Assembly: GCA_041937175.2 (NCBI GenBank)
Contig: CP166615.1
Span: 416,001 to 480,000 of the forward strand
Source of the DNA: Limnothrix sp. BL-A-16
Lineage (GTDB): Bacteria > Cyanobacteriota > Cyanobacteriia > CACIAM-69d
Direction of reading: 5' to 3'
DNA length: 64,000 bases
Shown: in pieces, positions 1 through 11,543 of the stretch
How the letters are laid out: each line of letters opens with the position of its first letter
Position numbering within the stretch: the first letter of the stretch is position 1
Made by a program: the position numbers and the translations under genes
The notes under the pieces: generated by a model
Told to the model about the DNA's origin: nothing
Databases searched by the model: none
The model's input: only the letters and a program-made list of their open reading frames with translations

Positions 1-692
1 TGGCGAATTTCGTTCAGATATTTCGTCAAGATAAGTTAAGAAGCCATGATTTAAACTTGGGTTAAACTTCAGATCTCGATCGAGTCCAAGCGGCTGGTTG
101 CTCAGCTTAATCGATGATTTCCTGATTGGCCAGCAATTGACCGAGGGCGCGCTGATCGCTCCAAAACACCACGTTGAAAATAGGAAGGAACCGGTTAAGA
201 ATCGATCGATGCAAGAAATTAAGTAATTTTTGATCGCTTTTTGTTGTTTTAATGACTTTCTCAAAAACGCATCGATCGACACTTTTCATCGGAAATTTTT
301 GCTGATTTGGGAAAATTCGGCAGCTAAACAACCAAAGAGAATTTGTTTAGCCTTCCGTTGCCCAAGCCAGTCTTTACAAACTTTACAAAAATTGCACTAT
401 TTTGCTCGGCATTCCTTAAGAAAACCGATCGCTCCCTCAATTCATCTAGGAACTGACGCTAGGCTAGATTTGTGATTCGATCTTGTCCCTGCTGTGGCCA
501 TCCATTCTCGACCCCCACGGGCGATCGGGGATGGAGATCACGGAGCGGTGATCGCGTCATTATTTTCCCTTCTCTTTTGGCATGAATTCCCCGAAGGATT
601 GATGCTTTTGGCTAACCCTTCCGTGAATTCTGCAACGAATCTAGCGCTACCAGCTCACGACTTGATTGCTTTCCTTTGCCTTGACCAACCCA

Positions 693-728
693 TTAGCCGC
701 ATCAAGCTAGTTAGCCGCATCAAGCTAG
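693..728. repeat. Tandem direct repeat, 2 x 18 bp (TTAGCCGCATCAAGCTAG), upstream of hoxE
   Basis: Two exact adjacent copies at 693-710 and 711-728. Confidence 0.85.
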
Positions 729-1019
729 CCTAATCAAATTCAACCGCGCCCAATGAAGTTGGCTGTTTTGAATTGGCTGCCCTGAATGAATTCCTTTGAA
801 TTGGCTGTCCTGAATCTATCCGAATCAGCTCAATGCTTCTGAGGTTCAGTCTTTGCCAAAGGAAGCTCGCCTGATCCAGTTTTTTGAACATTTGAGATAA
901 CCAATCACCCGCTTGATCGCTGCAAGGTTGTTGCCATGGCAGCGTTGTCAGGGGTTGCTTTGTGCTGCCTTGGCGCAACGGCACAACATTGGTTGAGAGT
1001 CATGAAAGTGAGTGGAACT

Positions 1020-1652
1020 ATGGCTATTGCAACGAAGCCTGATCAAAATCAGCCGGTCAGTCAACCCTCTGGTGCTGTCTCTGCGAATGCCCCAATGAGT
1101 CAATCTGGATCGGCTGGGTCGGCTGGATCAAAGGCTTCTGGATCGAAGGGTTCTAAACCTGCAAAGGCAACTGATTCCTCAGCGGTTGACAAGCGATTCA
1201 AGGCGTTGGATTTGGTGATGAAACGCCAACAATATCGCCAGGATGCTTTGATTGAAGTTCTGCACCGGGCCCAAGAAATTTTTGGTTATTTAGAGGAAAA
1301 AACGCTGTTGCATGTGGCTCGATCGCTCCAATTACCTGCGAGTCATGTGTTGGGTGTCGCCACGTTTTATCACCTCTTTTCCCTAAAACCCAGCGGTGAG
1401 CATACCTGCGTGGTTTGTTTGGGAACTGCTTGCTATGTCAAGGGCAGCGGCGATGTGCTGAATGCGTTGGAAAAACACACCGGCATTCAGTCGGGAGCCA
1501 CCACCAGCGACGGCAAGGTTTCGCTGGTGACAGCCCGTTGCATTGGAGCCTGTGGCATTGCGCCAGCGGTGGTGTTTGACGGGCAGGTGGCGGCCCAGGT
1601 GACCACAGAACAGGCGATCGCCCGCATTGATCAATGGCGTGGTGATGCATGA
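1020..1652 (+). CDS. hoxE: Bidirectional hydrogenase diaphorase subunit HoxE (NuoE-like, 2Fe-2S)
   Basis: DALIEVLH...VATFYHLF, CLGTACYVKG and RCIGACGIAP motifs; first gene of the hox cluster; start uncertain (ATG 1002 or 1020). Confidence 0.93.
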   Translation: MAIATKPDQNQPVSQPSGAVSANAPMSQSGSAGSAGSKASGSKGSKPAKATDSSAVDKRFKALDLVMKRQQYRQDALIEVLHRAQEIFGYLEEKTLLHVARSLQLPASHVLGVATFYHLFSLKPSGEHTCVVCLGTACYVKGSGDVLNALEKHTGIQSGATTSDGKVSLVTARCIGACGIAPAVVFDGQVAAQVTTEQAIARIDQWRGDA

Positions 1653-1821
1653 ATCGTTGGGTTGCGAATCGTGGTTGCCTGCGGCCGACCCATGATTCGC
1701 CCTGAATAACCTGCCCAAAATGACGTGCATTATTCGTTAATTTGCTGCCCCATTTGTGGCCTCGTTTGTCGCCCCGTTTGCCCCCAATCTGCTGACCAAG
1801 CTGCCTGAGGAGTCCGAATCC

Positions 1822-3453
<1,632 letters not shown>

Positions 3454-3577
3454 GGGGGATGCATCCGGTTGAACCTAATCATTAAACCCAATGGTTGAAC
3501 CTAATAGTTAATTCTTTTGCTGATCTTCTTTGGCTGATCGAAGCAAGCAATTTCACGGGACTGAAGGGATTTAACGT

Positions 3578-4294
3578 ATGGCTGTCGTAACGCTGACAAT
3601 TGATGGGGTGGCGGTCGCCGCTGAAGCAAAAGCCAGTATTTTGCAGGCGGCGCGATCGGCCGGCATTGCGATTCCCACCCTGTGCCATTTGGAAGGGGTT
3701 TCCGATGTGGGAGGCTGTCGGCTTTGTGTGGTGGAAGTGGCGGGAATCAATAAGCTATTGCCTGCCTGCGTGACCCAAGTGGCTGAGGGGATGGCGGTGC
3801 AAACCAACACACCCACCTTGCAATCCTACCGTCGAACGTTGGTGGAATTGCTCTTTGCGGAAGGCAACCATGTTTGTTCCGTTTGCGTGGCCAATAATCA
3901 CTGTGAATTGCAGGATATGGCCACCACGGTGGGGATGGATCATAGCCATTTTGCCTACCAATTTCCCAAGCGGGATGTGGATGTTTCCCATGAAAAATTC
4001 GGACTCGATCGCAACCGTTGTATCTATTGCACCCGCTGCATTCGAGTTTGCGACGAAATCGAGGGAGCCAGGGTTTGGGATATTGCATTCCGGGGCGAAC
4101 GGGTCAAATTAATTGCCGGTTTGGATCAGCCTTGGGGTGATGTGGAAGCTTGCACCTCCTGTGGTAAATGCGTGGATGCTTGCCCCACGGGTGCTTTGTT
4201 TAAGAAAGGATCAACGGTTGCGGAAATGACGCGCGATCGCGATCGCCTGCAATTTTTGCAATCTGCCAGGGAGGAACACCAATGGACACGCTAA
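3578..4294 (+). CDS. hoxU: Bidirectional hydrogenase subunit HoxU (Fe-S)
   Basis: IPTLCH..GGCRLC, HVCSVCVANNHCELQ, CIYCTRCIRVC and CTSCGKCVDACP motifs. Confidence 0.96.
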   Translation: MAVVTLTIDGVAVAAEAKASILQAARSAGIAIPTLCHLEGVSDVGGCRLCVVEVAGINKLLPACVTQVAEGMAVQTNTPTLQSYRRTLVELLFAEGNHVCSVCVANNHCELQDMATTVGMDHSHFAYQFPKRDVDVSHEKFGLDRNRCIYCTRCIRVCDEIEGARVWDIAFRGERVKLIAGLDQPWGDVEACTSCGKCVDACPTGALFKKGSTVAEMTRDRDRLQFLQSAREEHQWTR

Positions 4295-4878
4295 CCAATC
4301 CCGCTCAAGGGGCTGTTGTCGAAACCGAAGGAGCCGATCGCCCCAAAAAATTGCGCTTTGCAACCGTTTGGTTAGGGGGCTGTTCCGGTTGTCATATGTC
4401 CTTTTTGGACTTAGATGAATGGCTGTTTGAGCTGGCGAAATATGCGGAGGTGGTATTTAGCCCCGTGGGCAGCGATGCCAAGATTTTTCCCGATCAGGTG
4501 GATATTTGCCTGGCAGAAGGAGCCGTTGCCAACGAGGAAAATTTGGAATTCATCCAAAAGGTGCGATCGCGCAGCAAGCTGTTAATTTCCTTTGGTGATT
4601 GTGCGGTGAATGGCAACGTAACGGCCATGCGCAATCCGAGTGCCACCGTCGAAGAAATTCTCGATCGTTGCTATCTGGAATTGGCGGATTTGTCGCCGCA
4701 ACATCCTCGAGAACCGGGCATTGTGCCCCCCTTGATTAAACAGGCCCTGCCCGTCCATCAAGTGGTTCCGGTGGATGTGTTTTTGCCCGGTTGTCCGCCC
4801 TCGGCCGCCCAAATTCAAAGCGCCCTGGAGTCACTTTTTACCGGCGAAGCCCAAACCGCCAAGCTGAAATTTGGTTAG
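4282..4878 (+). CDS. hoxY: NiFe hydrogenase small subunit HoxY
   Basis: WLGGCSGCHMS, FGDCA and LPGCPP motifs; overlaps the end of hoxU. Confidence 0.95.
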   Translation: MDTLTNPAQGAVVETEGADRPKKLRFATVWLGGCSGCHMSFLDLDEWLFELAKYAEVVFSPVGSDAKIFPDQVDICLAEGAVANEENLEFIQKVRSRSKLLISFGDCAVNGNVTAMRNPSATVEEILDRCYLELADLSPQHPREPGIVPPLIKQALPVHQVVPVDVFLPGCPPSAAQIQSALESLFTGEAQTAKLKFG

Positions 4879-4893
4879 GGAGAGGGGGCAACC

Positions 4894-5256
4894 ATGGCAG
4901 GCGATCGACGGCGGCAACCCTGGCAACTTTCGCTTTCGAGGGGACTCTTGATTGGGGCGATCGGGCTAATCCTATCCCTCTGGAGCTTAGGAGCCAGGGC
5001 CAATTCCCCCAACACCTGTCAATACAAAGAGCGTCCTCTCTTTGGCAAGGTGCAAATTGTTGAATCCTTTCCCGATTTCACGGTGCAGGTTGTTGAAGCA
5101 TTCCCCGATTTGAAAGTGCAAATCGTTAACGCATTTCCCGATCGGTGTGGTGAGTGGCAATTTGTCAATGCTTTCCCCGACTTCAAAATCAAATTTGTGA
5201 CGGCATTTCCTGACCTCAAGATTCAGTTTGTCACCAACTTTCCTGGCTTGACTTAA
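4894..5256 (+). CDS. Hypothetical exported protein with about six 11-aa [KT]-[VI]-Q-x-V-x-x-F-P-D repeats
   Basis: Purine-rich RBS, hydrophobic N-terminal segment ending ARA, clear internal repeats. Confidence 0.8.
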   Translation: MAGDRRRQPWQLSLSRGLLIGAIGLILSLWSLGARANSPNTCQYKERPLFGKVQIVESFPDFTVQVVEAFPDLKVQIVNAFPDRCGEWQFVNAFPDFKIKFVTAFPDLKIQFVTNFPGLT

Positions 5257-5488
5257 GAGGATGTTTGAAAAGCCAAAACTGCTACTTTGCATCTCTCATG
5301 GATTGACGAAGACATTAACAAAGATAAAGGGCTTAAGCCCCTTGCTCCCACACAAAAAATAAGGAGCCTAAACAAGACAAGAGGCTTAAACAAGACAAGA
5401 GGCTTAAACAAAACAAGAGGCTTAAGTCCCTTGCTCCCACGATGACTAGCGCTTTGCAAGTACCCTAAGGCACTGCTCAGACGCCTTC
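5257..5488. mobile_element. Degenerate MITE-like element between the repeat ORF and hoxH
   Basis: Left end AGAGGATGTTTGAAAAG vs right end CTGCTCAGACGCCTTCT (11/17 inverted match); TAA on both sides; carries REP-like palindromes. Confidence 0.4.
5369..5422. repeat. Tandem repeat 3 x 18 bp (TAAACAAGACAAGAGGCT) flanked by REP-like palindromes
   Basis: Copies at 5369, 5387 and 5405 (one mismatch in the third); AAGGGCTTAAGCCCCTTG at about 5327-5344 and GGCTTAAGTCCCTTG at about 5419-5433. Confidence 0.85.
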
Positions 5489-5589
5489 TAAGTTGAACCG
5501 TAAGTTAAACAGGACTTGATTTGGCAGAAATCAGCAATTGAAAATAGACCCATTGGGCTGCGGTAATCCTCTGAAATTATGCGAGCATT

Positions 5590-7029
5590 ATGAGTTCTAA
5601 ACTGGTTATTGATCCGGTCACCCGCATTGAAGGTCATGCCAAAATCTCCCTATTTTTGGATGATGCGGGAAAGGTTGAAGATGCCCACTTTCATGTGGTT
5701 GAATTTCGCGGATTTGAAAAATTCTGCGAAGGCCGGCCCATGTGGGAAATGGCGGGCATTACCTCCCGCATCTGTGGCATTTGCCCCGTGAGTCACTTGT
5801 TGGCTTCTGCAAAAACCGGTGACAAAATCTTGGCCGTGCGCGTCCCGATCGCGGGTGAAAAGTTGCGGCGGATGATGAACCTGGGGCAGATTTTGCAATC
5901 CCACGCCCTCAGCTTTTTCCATCTCAGCAGTCCCGATTTTCTGTTGGGTTGGGACAGTGACCCAGGCCAGCGCAATGTTTTTGGATTAATGGCGGCAAAT
6001 CCGGACTTGGCGCGGGCGGGAATTCGGCTGCGGCAGTTTGGGCAAACGGTGATTGAACTGTTGGGAGCGCGCAAAATCCATGCGGCTTGGCCGGTTCCTG
6101 GCGGGGTTCGCTATCCCCTATCTGATGAAGGAAAAGCTTGGATTCAAGACCGCTTGCCGGAGTCGCGAGCCACGATTTTAAGCGCGATCGAACTGTTTGA
6201 ATCGTGGCTGGATGCCCACCCAGTGGAAGTCGATGTGTTTGGTAAATTTCCGTCGCTCTTCATGAGTTTGGTGGGTGATGATGGACGCTGGGAGCATTAC
6301 GGCGGTCATCTCCGCATCATTGACAGTGAAGGGCAAATTGTCGCCGATCGCCTCTCGGAAGATGACTATCAATCCTTCATTGGTGAAGCCGTTGAACCCT
6401 GGTCTTATCTGAAGTTTCCCTACTACAAACCCTTGGGCTATCCCGATGGGGTGTATCGCGTCGGGCCCCTAGCTCGGTTGAATATTTGTGACTTCATTGG
6501 CACACCAGAAGCCGATCGGGCCCTGGAGCGATTTAGACAGCGGGCCGGCGGGCGCGTAGCCACTTCTTCGTTTTTCTATCACTACGCTCGATTGATTGAA
6601 ATTTTGGCCTGTGTTGAGGCGATCGAACAGTTAGTGAATGACCCTGATGTGCAGTCGTCTCGGGTGCGGGCGGAAGCCGGTATTAATGAACTGAATGGAG
6701 TGGGTGTGAGTGAAGCACCTCGGGGCACGTTGTTTCACCATTACCAAGTGGATGAAAACGGCTTAATTCAATCGGTGAATTTGATCATTGCCACGGGTCA
6801 AAATAACCTGGCGATGAATCGTACCATCAAACAAATTGCTCAACATTATGTGGAAGGCAGCAGCGATGGATCGATTCCAGAGGGAATTTTGAATCGGGTT
6901 GAAGCGGGGATTCGGGCCTTCGATCCTTGTTTGAGTTGTTCAACCCATGCGGTGGGGCAAATGCCGCTGAAACTAGATGTGTTCAATGCCGATCGGGTAC
7001 TGATTCAGACCTTGGAACGATCGTCCTAG
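5590..7029 (+). CDS. hoxH: NiFe hydrogenase large subunit HoxH
   Basis: [17 protein letters not shown] (L1) and DPCLSCSTH (L2) followed by a cleavable C-terminal tail. Confidence 0.97.
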   Translation: MSSKLVIDPVTRIEGHAKISLFLDDAGKVEDAHFHVVEFRGFEKFCEGRPMWEMAGITSRICGICPVSHLLASAKTGDKILAVRVPIAGEKLRRMMNLGQILQSHALSFFHLSSPDFLLGWDSDPGQRNVFGLMAANPDLARAGIRLRQFGQTVIELLGARKIHAAWPVPGGVRYPLSDEGKAWIQDRLPESRATILSAIELFESWLDAHPVEVDVFGKFPSLFMSLVGDDGRWEHYGGHLRIIDSEGQIVADRLSEDDYQSFIGEAVEPWSYLKFPYYKPLGYPDGVYRVGPLARLNICDFIGTPEADRALERFRQRAGGRVATSSFFYHYARLIEILACVEAIEQLVNDPDVQSSRVRAEAGINELNGVGVSEAPRGTLFHHYQVDENGLIQSVNLIIATGQNNLAMNRTIKQIAQHYVEGSSDGSIPEGILNRVEAGIRAFDPCLSCSTHAVGQMPLKLDVFNADRVLIQTLERSS

Positions 7030-7181
7030 GAGTTGCAGGTGAAAAATGGAGTTCTGATTGATGGTATTAACCACCGATCGGTGGGTGAGCAACCCCTTGA
7101 ACTCCATGACCAAATGACTTAGTTGAAACAGCTCAGTGGCATTGGCCGGAATCTCGCTAGTTTTTGAGGTGCGATCGCCCT

Positions 7182-7766
7182 ATGGTTACCCATCTTCCAT
7201 CCCCAATCTTAGTGATTGGTTATGGCAATACCCTTCGCAGTGATGACGGTGTGGGGCCAGCGGTCGCCCAAGCCATTTCCCAATGGCAAAATTCACAACT
7301 TCAAACCCTCATTTGTCATCAACTAACCCCGGAGTTAGCCGATTCGATCGCGGGAGCTGGCTTGGTAATTTTTGTTGATGCCTTAGACTGCAATGCCCTG
7401 AAAATGTCTGCCCCCAAAACCCAACTGCGATCGCTGGATTTGGGAATTCGCCCACCCACCCCAGCTTCCGCAACGGTCACCGCTGAAAATCCAGAAATTC
7501 CCAGTCTTTTGGGTCATTTCTATCAACCTGAAAGCCTGTTGCACATGACAAAATGGCTCTATGGCCATGTGCCCCCAGCTTGGTTAATTGCAGTGCCTGC
7601 GGTGTCCTTTGAGTTGGGCTGCGAATTTTCTGAAATTGCCATTCAAGGAATGCAACGGGCGCTGGTTGTCATTCAAACCCTGATTGATGAGGTACAAGGC
7701 ATGACGACTCATTTTCCCTCGCTTCATCTGCCCAGCGAGTCCCTGAAATTACCCGTCCGAATCTAA
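7182..7766 (+). CDS. hoxW: Hydrogenase maturation protease HoxW
   Basis: ILVIGYGNTLRSDDGVG, HQLTPELA and VIFVDA motifs; directly after hoxH. Confidence 0.88.
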   Translation: MVTHLPSPILVIGYGNTLRSDDGVGPAVAQAISQWQNSQLQTLICHQLTPELADSIAGAGLVIFVDALDCNALKMSAPKTQLRSLDLGIRPPTPASATVTAENPEIPSLLGHFYQPESLLHMTKWLYGHVPPAWLIAVPAVSFELGCEFSEIAIQGMQRALVVIQTLIDEVQGMTTHFPSLHLPSESLKLPVRI

Positions 7767-7814
7767 ATCAATTACCCGCTGTTCTTCCCTGTGCCTTTTG
7801 CCGGAGTGATGACC

Positions 7815-10800
7815 ATGAAACGCCACCAAACCATGACTCTCGATGGTAACGAAGCCGTTGCCAAAATTGCCTACAGCCTCAGTGAACTAATTGTTATTTA
7901 CCCCATTACGCCCGCTTCGCCCATGGGGGAATGGTCTGATGCTTGGGCGGCCCAAAACAGACCCAATCTTTGGGGATCTGTGCCGAGCGTGGTGGAAATG
8001 CAGAGCGAAGCCGGAGCGGCGGGCACGCTGCATGGGGCGCTTCAGGCGGGATCCTTGGCCACCACGTTCACGGCTTCCCAAGGGTTGCTGTTGATGATTC
8101 CCAACATGTACAAAATTGCCGGGGAGTTGACCGGTGCGACCTTGCATGTGGCTGCCCGATCGCTTGCGGCCCAAGGGTTGTCAATTTTTGGGGATCACAG
8201 CGATGTGATGGCCACGCGGGGCACGGGTTGGGCGCTGTTGTGTTCGGCTTCGGTGCAAGAAGCCCATGATTTTGCTGCGATTTCCCACATTGCGGCCTTG
8301 AAATCTCGAGTGCCGTTTTTGCACTTTTTTGATGGCTTTCGGACTTCCCACGAAATTCAAAAAATCGTTCCCGTGGATGAAGATCATTTGCGAGCCATGA
8401 TCCCGGAAGCAGCAATTTTGGAACACCGCGATCGGGCCCTAACACCCGATCGCCCGGTGATGCGTGGCACGGCCCAAAACCCCGATGTTTATTTCCAAGG
8501 TCGGGAAACCGTTAACCCGTTTTATTGCGCTTGTTCGGAAATTGTGAAATCCGTGATGGCGGAATTTGGCAACCTGACGGGACGGGTTTATCAGCCCTTT
8601 GAATATGTGGGTGATCCAGAAGCAGAATCCGTGGTGATTCTGATGGGTTCCGGTTGCGAAACCGTTGAAGAAACGGTGCAGACCCTGAATCAACAGGGTC
8701 AGAAATTGGGAGTCTTGAAAGTTCGTTTATATCGGCCCTGGAATGCGGCGGATTTCCTCGCAGTATTGCCCATCAGTACCCAACGCATTGCCGTGCTCGA
8801 TCGCACCAAGGAACCCGGTGCATTGGGCGAACCGCTTTATCTAGACGTGGTGGCAACGGTTCAACAATCGGCGCAACACTCAGCGATTAAAACGATGATT
8901 GGTGGGCGCTATGGATTGTCTTCCAAGGAATTCACCCCGGCCATGGTGAAGGCGGTGTTTGAAAATCTGCAATCACCGGAACCTAAAAATGGATTCACGG
9001 TGGGGATTGTGGACGATGTGAGCTTCACATCCTTGGACTTTGACCCCAACTTTGCTTTGCCGGGCGATCGCACCTTTGCGGCCATTTTCTATGGCTTGGG
9101 GGCCGATGGAACCGTGGGAGCTAACAAAAACACGATCGAAATTATTGGCGACAGCACCGATCAATATGCCCAGGGCTATTTTGTCTATGACTCCAAGAAA
9201 TCGGGAGCGATGACCGTTTCCCATCTACGTTTTGGGGCTGACCCAATTCGGGCCCCTTACCTGATTGAAGGTGCGAATTTTATTGGCTGTCACCAGTGGA
9301 TGTTCCTGGAACGCTATGAAATTTTGGACAAGGCCCTTGATGGCGCAACGGTGCTGATCAATGCCTCCTATCCGGCGGCGGAACTTTGGGATCATTTGCC
9401 GCTAGAAGCCCAAGAAATCATCATTCGGAAGCAACTGAAACTCTGGGCCATTGATGCCTATAAAGTGGCGCGTGAGAGTGGTACGGGCGGCCATATTAAT
9501 ATTCCGATGCAGGTTTGTTTCTTCACCTTGACGGGAGTGTTGCCCCAGGAAGAAGCCCTCAATCAAATTCGGGCGGCGATTCAAAAAACCTACGGCAAAA
9601 AAGGTAGCGCCGTGGTGAATATGAACCTGCGGGCGGTGGATAACACCCTGTCGAATTTGCAAGAGGTGCCGATTCGATCGGCCCAATCCACCTTGCATCG
9701 GCTGCCCATGGTGTCCGATCGCGCGCCGGACTTTGTGCGCAACGTGCAGGCGGCGATGATGGCGCGGGAGGGCGATCGACTGCCGGTGAGCGCCTTGCCC
9801 TGCGATGGCACCTATCCCACCGGCACGTCCCAATGGGAAAAACGCAACATTGCCCAGCAACTGCCTGAATGGGATCCAGCGGTTTGCGTGCAGTGCGGCA
9901 AGTGCATCGCCATTTGTCCCCATGCCACCATTCGCGGCAAGTCCTACGATCCGTCCGCTTTGGGAGATGCGCCGGCCGGGTTCCGAGTGGCCGACACGCG
10001 CGATCCAGACTTCAAGGGCGAAAAATTCACCATTCAGGTGGCTCCGGAGGATTGCACCGGCTGCGGTCTTTGTGTGGAAATTTGCCCCGCGAAGGATCGC
10101 AAGCGCCCCTCCCGCAAGGCGCTGAATTGGGTGGATCCCAACGAGGTGCACGATGCAGAACGGACAAATTGGGACTTTTTCTTAGGGCTGCCGAATCCCG
10201 ATCGCGCCAAGTTACATCCCGATCGGCTGCGTCAACAGCAATGGCAAGAGCCGCTCTTTGAATTCTCAGGGGCCTGTGCCGGTTGTGGCGAAACGCCCTA
10301 CCTGAAATTGGTGTCTCAATTGTTTGGCGATCGGGCATTGATTGCCAACGCCACCGGTTGCTCCTCAATCTATGGCGGCAACCTGCCCACCACCCCTTGG
10401 ACTAAAAATGCCGACGGCCGCGGCCCCGCCTGGGCGAACAGCCTGTTTGAGGACAATGCAGAATTTGGCCTCGGGTTCCGCCTGTCCGTGAATCAGCAAG
10501 CCACCTTCGCCAGCGAGCTGCTGAAGCGATTGGCCGGGGAACTGGGCGACAGCACGGTTCAAGATCTGTTGCAGGCGGAACAGCGCACCGAAGCGGACAT
10601 TTGGGAACAGCGCGATCGGGTGGCCAGCCTGAAAACGCGCCTCCCCGAGATCAATCACCCCGATGCTCGGCGGTTGTTGGCCGTGGCAGACTACCTCGTC
10701 AAGAAATCCGTTTGGATTGTGGGGGGCGACGGTTGGGCCTATGACATTGGCTTTGGCGGCTTAGATCACGTCCTGGCTAGCGGTCAAAACGTGAATGTGT

Positions 10801-11432
10801 TGGTTTTGGATACGGAAGTCTATTCCAACACGGGGGGGCAAGCTTCCAAATCAACTCCCCGGGGCGCGGTGGCCAAGTTTGCCGCTGGCGGGAAACCCGC
10901 TGCCAAGAAAGATCTCGGGGCGATCGCCATGACCTACGGCAACATCTACGTGGCCAGCGTGGCCATGGGGGCCCGTGATGAACATACCCTGCGGGCTTTT
11001 CTGGAAGCCGAAGCCTACGACGGCCCCTCGCTGATTTTGGCCTATAGCCACTGCATCGCCCATGGCATTGATATGAGCAAGGGAGCAGCCCACCAGAAAG
11101 CGGCGGTGGATAGCGGCCGTTGGTTCCTTTATCGCTATAACCCGGATTTGGTGACCCAGGGCAAGAATCCGCTGCATTTGGATTCACCTGCGCCGAAGAT
11201 GCCCGTGGCGGCAGCGATGGACATGGAAACCCGCTTCAAGATGCTGAGCAAGACCAACCCGGCCGCCGCGCAACAGTTGGCCCAGCAGGCCCAGGCGGAC
11301 ATTAACCACCGTTGGCAGTTCTATCAATACCTGGCGGCCCAGTCGATCGGGCAGTCTCAGGGGGCCGATCGCTCCAGCCCAGCTTCACCGGGAGCGGCCG
11401 CGTCTTCCTCGGAACCCAAGCCGGTGTCTTAA
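7815..11432 (+). CDS. nifJ: Pyruvate:ferredoxin/flavodoxin oxidoreductase (PFOR)
   Basis: DGNEAVA, YPITPAS, EMQSEAGAAG, two CxxCxxCxxxCP clusters, GDGWAYDIG TPP-binding motif; start 7809 or 7815. Confidence 0.97.
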   Translation: MKRHQTMTLDGNEAVAKIAYSLSELIVIYPITPASPMGEWSDAWAAQNRPNLWGSVPSVVEMQSEAGAAGTLHGALQAGSLATTFTASQGLLLMIPNMYKIAGELTGATLHVAARSLAAQGLSIFGDHSDVMATRGTGWALLCSASVQEAHDFAAISHIAALKSRVPFLHFFDGFRTSHEIQKIVPVDEDHLRAMIPEAAILEHRDRALTPDRPVMRGTAQNPDVYFQGRETVNPFYCACSEIVKSVMAEFGNLTGRVYQPFEYVGDPEAESVVILMGSGCETVEETVQTLNQQGQKLGVLKVRLYRPWNAADFLAVLPISTQRIAVLDRTKEPGALGEPLYLDVVATVQQSAQHSAIKTMIGGRYGLSSKEFTPAMVKAVFENLQSPEPKNGFTVGIVDDVSFTSLDFDPNFALPGDRTFAAIFYGLGADGTVGANKNTIEIIGDSTDQYAQGYFVYDSKKSGAMTVSHLRFGADPIRAPYLIEGANFIGCHQWMFLERYEILDKALDGATVLINASYPAAELWDHLPLEAQEIIIRKQLKLWAIDAYKVARESGTGGHINIPMQVCFFTLTGVLPQEEALNQIRAAIQKTYGKKGSAVVNMNLRAVDNTLSNLQEVPIRSAQSTLHRLPMVSDRAPDFVRNVQAAMMAREGDRLPVSALPCDGTYPTGTSQWEKRNIAQQLPEWDPAVCVQCGKCIAICPHATIRGKSYDPSALGDAPAGFRVADTRDPDFKGEKFTIQVAPEDCTGCGLCVEICPAKDRKRPSRKALNWVDPNEVHDAERTNWDFFLGLPNPDRAKLHPDRLRQQQWQEPLFEFSGACAGCGETPYLKLVSQLFGDRALIANATGCSSIYGGNLPTTPWTKNADGRGPAWANSLFEDNAEFGLGFRLSVNQQATFASELLKRLAGELGDSTVQDLLQAEQRTEADIWEQRDRVASLKTRLPEINHPDARRLLAVADYLVKKSVWIVGGDGWAYDIGFGGLDHVLASGQNVNVLVLDTEVYSNTGGQASKSTPRGAVAKFAAGGKPAAKKDLGAIAMTYGNIYVASVAMGARDEHTLRAFLEAEAYDGPSLILAYSHCIAHGIDMSKGAAHQKAAVDSGRWFLYRYNPDLVTQGKNPLHLDSPAPKMPVAAAMDMETRFKMLSKTNPAAAQQLAQQAQADINHRWQFYQYLAAQSIGQSQGADRSSPASPGAAASSSEPKPVS

Positions 11433-11543
11433 AGCCCATTCCTGAAAGCCCATTCCTGAAACCTTCGGTATGCCGATCGCCCGATCGGCTTGCCCCGTCC
11501 CAGTCCTCTTCGCCCCTAGCGTCCCCACCTAGCGTCCCTACTT

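Noticed and set aside
1..1000. LexA/cyAbrB operator sites and short ORFs upstream of hoxE
   Set aside because: Such regulation is known for hox promoters, but I could not identify convincing sites by eye and the ORFs look spurious
5369..5422. Short repeat arrays (also 16809, 20643, 21294, 58294) as possible CRISPR arrays
   Set aside because: Repeats are directly tandem with no unique spacers, and no cas genes are in the window
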